Source: a virus
Lineage: Duplodnaviria; Caudoviricetes
Strand: one strand, 5' to 3'
Length of the DNA: 33,052 nucleotides
IMG/VR virus record: IMGVR_UViG_3300049222_000379
Location: 1 to 33,052 of that record
The first letter of the stretch is position 1, and the number at the start of each line of letters is the position of its first letter. Position numbers and translations under genes: made by a program. The notes beneath the pieces are model-generated. The model worked only from the letters and a program-made list of their open reading frames with translations. It did not search any database and had not been told where the DNA came from. Shown here piece after piece: positions 24,391 to 30,872 of this stretch.

Positions 24391-24865
24391 GCTTAATCAT
24401 ATAGAGTTCGAAAAGGCCAAAGACCTTGCTGAGAATTTGGGTCACATAAAAAATTCTATTACTAAAGGGCAAGGAAATGTTGCTGGGTTTAGTGGCGAAC
24501 TAATGGTAGCTAAGTTTTTAGGCGTTGATCTATCACACACCAAGAACTATGACATGATCTATAATGGTCTAAGAGTGGACGTAAAGACTAAACGAACTAA
24601 CTATCCTCCTAAGCCTAGCTATGAATGCTCAATAGCAAAGACAAGTCTTCATCAAGACTGCGACCTTTATGTTTTTGTAAGGGTACTGCCCTCACTAAAC
24701 GAAGGCTGGATTCTTGGCTATAAACCACAGAGCGAATACTTTAAAGAGGCGAAGTTTTGGAAGAAAGGAGAGATAGATCCTTCTAATAACTGGAAAGTTT
24801 CCGTAGACTGTTACAATCTAGCTATATCAAAACTCGATCCTCTTGCAAAATTAAGGAGCCTATAG
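24359..24865 (+). CDS. PD-(D/E)xK restriction-endonuclease-like protein
   Basis: GE...YDMIYNGLRVDVKTK motif; AGGAG SD inside the pol 3' end. Confidence 0.65.
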   Translation: MSEITGLTRTKLNHIEFEKAKDLAENLGHIKNSITKGQGNVAGFSGELMVAKFLGVDLSHTKNYDMIYNGLRVDVKTKRTNYPPKPSYECSIAKTSLHQDCDLYVFVRVLPSLNEGWILGYKPQSEYFKEAKFWKKGEIDPSNNWKVSVDCYNLAISKLDPLAKLRSL

Positions 24866-25164
24866 TGCCAAAAGAAATAACAGACCCTTCACGTCTTGGA
24901 GACATGGCAGAACATTACGTTACTACTTGGTTGTGGGATGAAGGCTATGAAGTCTTTCGAAACACGGGCTGCACTGGTGCGATAGATATTATTGCTGTGA
25001 AGAATGGAACACCTATCTTCATAGATGTAAAGTCTAAGAACTCTGGAGGTTCTTGGGGTCACAAGCGAACCGAAGAGCAAAAGAAGCTTAGAGTCCAAGT
25101 AGTTGAATTCAACGCAAGGAACCGCAAGTGTCGGTTCGTGGATCATACAGAATGGAAAGTTTAA
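24865..25164 (+). CDS. Hjc/YraN-like PD-(D/E)xK nuclease
   Basis: GDMAE...L..EGYEVF...DIIAVK...FIDVKS. Confidence 0.7.
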   Translation: MPKEITDPSRLGDMAEHYVTTWLWDEGYEVFRNTGCTGAIDIIAVKNGTPIFIDVKSKNSGGSWGHKRTEEQKKLRVQVVEFNARNRKCRFVDHTEWKV

Positions 25165-26009
25165 ATACAGTAGTTCAAGATATCTATGCACAGCTTGAAG
25201 GCCTGTCTGAAGGTAAGGCCCTTGAGATAAATGAAGAAGAACTAGATCAAACAATGGAGCGTATGAAGGAAAGCATCCTAACTTGGTCTAAGCCTAGAGA
25301 GTCTTCAAAAGAATTTACTCTCAGGATGTCAAACGTGGGACGGCCTCTACGCCAGCTGTGGTATGACAACAAGAACTCTAGTTCTCCTTCAGCCATAAGC
25401 GCCCCAACACAGATCAAGTTTCTTTACGGACACATCCTCGAAGAAATTGTTTTGATGTTGGTTCGGCTGGCTGGTCACGAGGTTTCGTCAGAGCAAAAAG
25501 AGATTAGTGTATCAGGCATCAAAGGCCACATGGACTGTAAGATTAATGGGCAAGTAGTCGATGTCAAGTCTGCTTCTCGTTATTCATTTAAGAAATTTGT
25601 CGATGGCTCTTTAGCTGAGAACGATCCCTTTGGTTATCTGCCACAGCTTGCTGGCTATGAGGCTGCAGAGAACACAGACAACGGCGGCTTCCTTGTTATC
25701 AACAAAGAGAGTGGCGAGTTGTGTTTGTTTCAGCCTGAGGATTTAGAGAAGCCTAACATCGAACAGAAAATTAAAGACGTTCGTAAGGCTTTAAGTCTTG
25801 ACACACCTCCAGATCGATGTTATAATACTATTTCTGACGGTAAAAAAGGTAACATGAAATTACCCTCAGGATGCTCATACTGTCCCTATAAATTTGAATG
25901 CTACGCAGACGCTAACGATGGTCAAGGTCTTAGGTCTTTCGCCTATGCTAGTGGCCCTGTGTACTTTACGAAGGTTGTGTCAGAACCTCGCGTAGAAGAA
26001 ATCTTATGA
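25152..26009 (+). CDS. Cas4-like PD-(D/E)xK exonuclease
   Basis: GHILE, GHMD, DVKSA, QLAGY and C-terminal CSYCPYKFEC. Confidence 0.8.
   Translation: MESLNTVVQDIYAQLEGLSEGKALEINEEELDQTMERMKESILTWSKPRESSKEFTLRMSNVGRPLRQLWYDNKNSSSPSAISAPTQIKFLYGHILEEIVLMLVRLAGHEVSSEQKEISVSGIKGHMDCKINGQVVDVKSASRYSFKKFVDGSLAENDPFGYLPQLAGYEAAENTDNGGFLVINKESGELCLFQPEDLEKPNIEQKIKDVRKALSLDTPPDRCYNTISDGKKGNMKLPSGCSYCPYKFECYADANDGQGLRSFAYASGPVYFTKVVSEPRVEEIL
25798..25826 (+). promoter_or_regulatory. Perfect-consensus intragenic sigma70 promoter (extended -10)
   Basis: TTGACA (25798-25803) - 17 nt - TATAAT (25821-25826) with TG at 25818-25819. Confidence 0.8.
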
Positions 26010-26314
26010 ACCAAAGGAAGATAAAAAGAATAAACAAACAGGTAGGAATTATACTTGTTGCTTGGCTTAGAACATTAGTATCGGAAGAAGAAGCTAAACA
26101 AATCACTATTAATAATTACAAAGAACTCTTGCCCGATCAAACTCATGTCTACGCCAACAACAAGTTTTTTCTAAGTACCTTTTCACCTCGATGGGTTAGG
26201 AAGAAACTGAAGCAGTTAGTGGTTATGTATCCTGAAAGACCCATTGAGTCCTTTACACTAAGCGACATACAATCAGTGATGAATTCATGGAAGATGAAGA
26301 CTTTGGAGACTTAG
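26006..26314 (+). CDS. Hypothetical protein
   Basis: 102 aa, ATGA overlap. Confidence 0.7.
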   Translation: MNQRKIKRINKQVGIILVAWLRTLVSEEEAKQITINNYKELLPDQTHVYANNKFFLSTFSPRWVRKKLKQLVVMYPERPIESFTLSDIQSVMNSWKMKTLET

Positions 26315-26457
26315 TTCCACTTGAAGCAATTATAATGGGCTTTGCACTACACATCTCTAGTGGTAACGAAATAGATACTGTAGATGATGAAGCTCTTTTC
26401 AATCTTCATGAAGCTGTGTGTCTTGAGATAGAAAAAAGAGAGGCAGTACTACATTGA
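26287..26457 (+). CDS. Small acidic hypothetical protein (56 aa)
   Basis: MEDEDFGDLVPLEAIIMG...EKREAVLH; TTGA overlap with next gene. Confidence 0.6.
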   Translation: MEDEDFGDLVPLEAIIMGFALHISSGNEIDTVDDEALFNLHEAVCLEIEKREAVLH

Positions 26458-26912
26458 CAGCACCTAAAATAAGAAGAGGCTTTAGAAAGAAAAGAGTCCC
26501 GCGTCCGGTTGAGAAAGACTTAGAGCCGGGCTATGATTCTCATTGGGAGTACAAGCTGCACTCAGGCCCTCTATCCGAATGGGATATCCACACAACAAAG
26601 ATCGACTATATCGTTGAGCATACGTATCATGCCGACTTTGTTAAAGAGATTGATGGTAAGACAATACTTCTCGAAGCCAAAGGAAGGTTTTGGGACGCAC
26701 CTGAATATAGTAAATATATTTGGATAAGTAAATGCTTACCTGAAAACTATGAGCTTGTGTTCTTGTTTTCTGATCCTAGTGCCCCAATGCCTCAGGCAAA
26801 GAGACGTGTTGATGGTACTAAACGATCTCACGGGGAGTGGGCTAGTTCCAAAGGTTTTCGTTGGTATAGCGAAGATAGTTTACCGGAGGGGTGGTCGTCT
26901 GAAGATGATTGA
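26454..26912 (+). CDS. Endonuclease I-like Holliday junction resolvase (T7 gp3-like)
   Basis: YDSHWE...TYHADF...LLEAKGRF...WASSKGFRW. Confidence 0.85.
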   Translation: MTAPKIRRGFRKKRVPRPVEKDLEPGYDSHWEYKLHSGPLSEWDIHTTKIDYIVEHTYHADFVKEIDGKTILLEAKGRFWDAPEYSKYIWISKCLPENYELVFLFSDPSAPMPQAKRRVDGTKRSHGEWASSKGFRWYSEDSLPEGWSSEDD

Positions 26913-27009
26913 TAGAAAGCAAGAAAGAACAAACAAATTCAATCGAAAGAAAAAACATAAGACACGACAAGACACGACACCTAAACGTCGGAGAGCTAAG
27001 GAGAAATAA
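26905..27009 (+). CDS. Small basic peptide (34 aa)
   Basis: MIDRKQERTNKFNRKKKHKTRQDTTPKRRRAKEK; TAATG overlap with RNR. Confidence 0.5.
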   Translation: MIDRKQERTNKFNRKKKHKTRQDTTPKRRRAKEK

Positions 27010-28880
27010 TGGATCTATATCAACAATACATTCACAAGTCACGGTACGCACGTTACCTACCAGAAGAACAACGGCGTGAGACTTGGGAAGAAACAATCGA
27101 CAGATACTTGAACTTCTGGGTTGAGAAGGGTAAGCTTACTTTAGAAGATGCTAACGGAATGTTCTCAGACATCCACAGCTTGGATGTTATGCCTAGTATG
27201 AGGGCTTTGATGACCGCAGGTGAAGCGCTAGACCGTGATAATGTTGCTGGCTTCAACTGTAGTTACATGCCTATCGATCACCCCAAAGCGTTTGACGAGA
27301 TGATGTACGTCCTGATGTGCGGTACAGGCGTAGGCTTCAGCGTTGAGCGTCAATACGTAACCAAACTACCTGAAGTAGCAGAGGAATTCCATGACACCGA
27401 TACCGTTATACACGTCGCCGACTCTAAAATTGGCTGGGCTAAAGCCTACAGAGAACTTATTAGCTTGCTCTATTCGGGTCAGCTTCCAAAGTGGGACATA
27501 TCTAGAGTACGAGGTGCAGGCTCCGCGCTTAGAACCTTCGGGGGTAGAGCGTCTGGTCCTGAGCCTCTTGTCGATTTGTTTAAGTTCACCACTGAGGTCT
27601 TTCGGGAAGCTGCTGGACGTAAGCTCTCCTCAATTGAATGCCACGATATCTGCTGTAAAATTGCACAAATCGTCGTCGTCGGTGGGGTTAGAAGAAGTGC
27701 TCTCATCAGTTTGTCTAACCTCACTGACGATAGACTCCGAAGATGCAAGTCAGGCCAATGGTGGCAAGACAATCCTCAACGTGGTCTAGCCAACAACAGT
27801 GCGTGTTATACAGAGAAACCAGATTTTGAGGCATTTCTAAATGAGTGGAAAAGTTTATACGAGTCAAGGTCTGGGGAACGAGGAATGTTCTCTAGGGTTG
27901 CAAGTCAAAAGCAAGCTGCAAAAAACGAGCGAAGAGATGCTACCTATGACTTTGGAACTAATCCATGCTCCGAAATTATCCTTCGACCCTACCAATTCTG
28001 TAATCTATCAGAGGTTGTTGTCAGGTCGTCCGATAGTCTCTCAGACCTCAAACGGAAAGTACGTACTGCGACTATCCTTGGAACTTTACAAGCTACCCTT
28101 ACCAACTTCAGATACTTGAGAAAGGTGTGGCAGAACAACACAGAAGAAGAGGCCTTGTTGGGTGTTAGCTTGACGGGCATTATGGATCATCCGACAATGT
28201 CGGGAAGGAGAGACAAAGGTGTACTTAAGACGTGGCTCACAGAACTACGAGAAGAAGCCATCGCAACCAACAGACGATGGGCTGATATTCTTGGTATTGA
28301 AGTTTCTACTGCTATTACCGCCATTAAGCCTAGCGGCACTGTTAGTCAGCTTGTTGATAGCGCGAGTGGAATCCACCCTAGATACTCATCTCAATACATT
28401 AGACGAGTTCGAGCAGACTCTAGAGACCCACTCTGCACCGTCCTCGAAGCCGCAGGAATCCCCGTAGAAGACGATGTAATGTCACCCAGTACCAAGGTAT
28501 TCAGCTTCCCTATAAAATCCCCTGACGGGGCTGTGACGGCCTCTGAGATGGGTGCTATGGAGCAGCTTGAGCTTTGGGAGATCTACCAAGACTTTTGGTG
28601 CGAACATAAGCCCTCGATGACCTGTTACTATCGCGACGAAGAGTTCCTTGAAGTAGGTCAGTGGTTGTACAATAAGTTTGACAAGATTAGTGGTATTAGT
28701 TTCTTACCATATAGCGAACACACATACCAACAAGCACCTTATGAGCCTATCAGTGAAGAGGAATATGAAGCAATGGCTGCTGACTTCCCTACTGAAATGT
28801 CTTGGGACATCACTGAAGAGAGTGACATGACAGAAGGATCACAAACGCTTGCATGTACTGGCAACAACTGTGAGATATAA
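27009..28880 (+). CDS. nrdJ: Class II (adenosylcobalamin-dependent) ribonucleotide reductase
   Basis: PSMR, FNCS, GTGVGFS, GGVRRSA, TNPCSEI, KPSGTVSQL and C-terminal CTGNNC; no beta-subunit gene in the arm. Confidence 0.92.
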   Translation: MDLYQQYIHKSRYARYLPEEQRRETWEETIDRYLNFWVEKGKLTLEDANGMFSDIHSLDVMPSMRALMTAGEALDRDNVAGFNCSYMPIDHPKAFDEMMYVLMCGTGVGFSVERQYVTKLPEVAEEFHDTDTVIHVADSKIGWAKAYRELISLLYSGQLPKWDISRVRGAGSALRTFGGRASGPEPLVDLFKFTTEVFREAAGRKLSSIECHDICCKIAQIVVVGGVRRSALISLSNLTDDRLRRCKSGQWWQDNPQRGLANNSACYTEKPDFEAFLNEWKSLYESRSGERGMFSRVASQKQAAKNERRDATYDFGTNPCSEIILRPYQFCNLSEVVVRSSDSLSDLKRKVRTATILGTLQATLTNFRYLRKVWQNNTEEEALLGVSLTGIMDHPTMSGRRDKGVLKTWLTELREEAIATNRRWADILGIEVSTAITAIKPSGTVSQLVDSASGIHPRYSSQYIRRVRADSRDPLCTVLEAAGIPVEDDVMSPSTKVFSFPIKSPDGAVTASEMGAMEQLELWEIYQDFWCEHKPSMTCYYRDEEFLEVGQWLYNKFDKISGISFLPYSEHTYQQAPYEPISEEEYEAMAADFPTEMSWDITEESDMTEGSQTLACTGNNCEI

Positions 28881-28891
28881 AGAGGGGTAAG

Positions 28892-29122
28892 ATGTTAACA
28901 ACGAATCAGATATTAAAGACAATGAGAAGCTACTACGAAGCAGACGTGAAGAAACACGCGATGGCTGTTGAGGTTATCATTAGTAATCCAATGGCCTTCC
29001 ATGATCACGATGCTTTCTATGAAGCAATCGAATCTCAGTTAAAGCTTTTGATGGAATCTAAAGATTATCTTGAAGGTCTAGACATCGTTCGTGTTGAAAT
29101 GGAAACACGCGATGACGAATAA
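28892..29122 (+). CDS. Hypothetical protein
   Basis: 76 aa, GAGGGG SD. Confidence 0.7.
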   Translation: MLTTNQILKTMRSYYEADVKKHAMAVEVIISNPMAFHDHDAFYEAIESQLKLLMESKDYLEGLDIVRVEMETRDDE

Positions 29123-29345
29123 GACTGAGGGAAATTTAATTGGGTTCCGAATATTTTTTGATAGCTCTGGCAATCTCATGTCAGAGTTTCATCATCTACC
29201 AGAACAAGAAGTTTCTAGATTCTTTCGGGAAACCGAAGAACAGAAAATAATTAGGAAGGTATTAGAAGAGGCCACCCATCATTTGAGCGGCCTTCATGAA
29301 AAGATAGAACTGGAACTTGATGCTCTAAATGCTAGGATTTCTTAG
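29112..29345 (+). CDS. Hypothetical protein, last gene of plus arm
   Basis: MTNKTEGNLIGFRIFFDSSGNLMSE...; overlaps the previous gene. Confidence 0.65.
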   Translation: MTNKTEGNLIGFRIFFDSSGNLMSEFHHLPEQEVSRFFRETEEQKIIRKVLEEATHHLSGLHEKIELELDALNARIS

Positions 29346-29583
29346 AGCGGTAGGCGCGAGTCTTCTTGGCGATACGCTTAGGTTGCTTGCTGTGTTGCTT
29401 ACCCTTCTTAGTATCTTCTCGCTTCTTTCTAGTAGTAGCGGCGTACTCTTTGGCGGACAAAGCCTTGATAGCCTTCTCAGGTAAATATCTCTCTCCAGTC
29501 TTACTGGATTTCTTGCCCGACTTAGTACGCCACTTTTGTTTTGTCCAAGCCTTAAGAGACTTCTGAGACTTCTTGAGAGCCAT
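29332..29583 (-). CDS. Highly basic conserved protein
   Basis: SQKSLKAWTKQKWRTKSGK...GERYLPEKAIKAL. Confidence 0.8.
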   Translation of the reverse strand: MALKKSQKSLKAWTKQKWRTKSGKKSSKTGERYLPEKAIKALSAKEYAATTRKKREDTKKGKQHSKQPKRIAKKTRAYRSKKS

Positions 29584-29777
29584 TACTTATATCCTCCGCC
29601 TGCAGCCTTATACTCTTTAGCAAGCATCTGAGCTTTTCGCGCAGACCACTGACCGGGCTTACCACCCTTTGAACCAGCCTTTATCTTATTGAAGAGTCGC
29701 TTACGCATAGTAGGCTTGGTATAGTTACCAGCCTCATTGACGCGAGATTTTGTTTTTGTTTTTTTCTTTGCTGTCAT
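29583..29777 (-). CDS. Highly basic conserved protein
   Basis: NYTKPTMRKRLFNKIKAGSKGGKPGQWSARKAQMLAKEYKAAGGGYK. Confidence 0.8.
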   Translation of the reverse strand: MTAKKKTKTKSRVNEAGNYTKPTMRKRLFNKIKAGSKGGKPGQWSARKAQMLAKEYKAAGGGYK

Positions 29778-29965
29778 TTTTGACTCACGGGTTGAGTTGT
29801 CATGAATCGAAGAACAACAATACCGCTTGCAATTGCACAGCCTACCATAGCCTGAACAGCTGGATTAGCAGGAAGAAAACCTACAAAGCCTTGGAGAACT
29901 GAAAGAACAGCAAGAGCAACACCATACTGTACTGTTCGAGATTTTAGTGCTTGTTTAATTGTCAT
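29774..29965 (-). CDS. Holin-like two-TM membrane protein
   Basis: Two hydrophobic segments, KSRT N-terminus, near the endolysin; AGGAG SD. Confidence 0.55.
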   Translation of the reverse strand: MTIKQALKSRTVQYGVALAVLSVLQGFVGFLPANPAVQAMVGCAIASGIVVLRFMTTQPVSQK

Positions 29966-29976
29966 GTTTGTCGCTC

Positions 29977-30168
29977 CTAATATTTAGTATATAACTTACA
30001 CACTATCTTACTTGCAGTTTGAGTAAATAAAAAAGGAAAGACCGCATGAACTGCACATACAAGACCTCCTAAAAACAGCCAGCCTGAAAACATAGCTGCT
30101 CGCTTTAAGTGCTGCCAATATGTTTCATTAACAGACTTCGGATGCTTGGTAAATAAATCTACTACCAT
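29977..30168 (-). CDS. DUF6356-like small membrane protein
   Basis: FTKHPKSVNETYWQHL...VHAVFPFLFTQTAS signature. Confidence 0.7.
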   Translation of the reverse strand: MVVDLFTKHPKSVNETYWQHLKRAAMFSGWLFLGGLVCAVHAVFPFLFTQTASKIVCKLYTKY

Positions 30169-30452
30169 TTTACACGGTCAGCCCAGTAAGCCGCTGACAT
30201 CTTTCCTTTCTTTATGTTCTTAGCGTGTCTTGCCTTGAACGACTTCCGCTTTGCCTTCATCCGTGCCGACTCGCCTGCTTTAGGTTTGCCTGCAGTTTTC
30301 GCGCCCTTCTGACCAAAGCGAATTGTTTTAACTTTATCTCCTTCCTTTGCCACCACGACGTGTGACTTTGTTTTGTGATTGGGTGTACGTTTCGGTTTGT
30401 TGTAGCCACTTACTCCTGCCCTTTCTAGCCTCGGATCTTTTTTCTTAGGCAT
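30162..30452 (-). CDS. Highly basic conserved phage protein
   Basis: KSHVVVAK...IRFGQKG...RKSFKARH...SAAYWADRVKW. Confidence 0.8.
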   Translation of the reverse strand: MPKKKDPRLERAGVSGYNKPKRTPNHKTKSHVVVAKEGDKVKTIRFGQKGAKTAGKPKAGESARMKAKRKSFKARHAKNIKKGKMSAAYWADRVKW

Positions 30453-30870
30453 GTTGCTCTCCAGTACGTATCATCTCAGTAACCTCTGTTGCTCGATTGC
30501 CTACTTGTTTAGCCCATCGACTGTCTAAGAATTCATCGGCAGCTTCTTCGTAGTTGTGGATTGACATGGCTGCTAAGGCCTTCTCAAACTTTCTGAGACG
30601 TGTGAGTCCTAAGTTAAAACACAGGTTTATCATTGCCTCTCTTCGGATCTCTGTAAGATCTTTGAACCACGGAAAAGCTGCGTCTAGCTCTTCGAGACAA
30701 CGATTGATATCGTTCATTAGAAGGTAATCTACTTCGTCATGAGTAAGCCCTAAGCCAACACCCTCCTTTAAACAGCGTCCTACGCCAATAGTTTCGTAGC
30801 CTAGATGGTCTTTGTAGACATAGTACTTGACGCCTTCATGACGCTTTAGAGTTTCGATGAGTCTTTTCAT
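30445..30870 (-). CDS. Endolysin, T4-lysozyme-like (GH24)
   Basis: HEG...YKDHLGYETIGVG catalytic E/D/T arrangement; DSRWAKQVGNRA resembles the T4 lysozyme C-terminus. Confidence 0.9.
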   Translation of the reverse strand: MKRLIETLKRHEGVKYYVYKDHLGYETIGVGRCLKEGVGLGLTHDEVDYLLMNDINRCLEELDAAFPWFKDLTEIRREAMINLCFNLGLTRLRKFEKALAAMSIHNYEEAADEFLDSRWAKQVGNRATEVTEMIRTGEQHA

Positions 30871-30872
30871 TA

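Noticed and set aside
25152-26009. CRISPR-Cas system suggested by the Cas4-like gene
   Set aside because: No repeat-spacer array or other cas genes; solo Cas4-like nucleases are common in phage replication modules.
22630-28880. Introns or inteins in pol or RNR
   Set aside because: Both ORFs are uninterrupted and compact, with no intein motifs.
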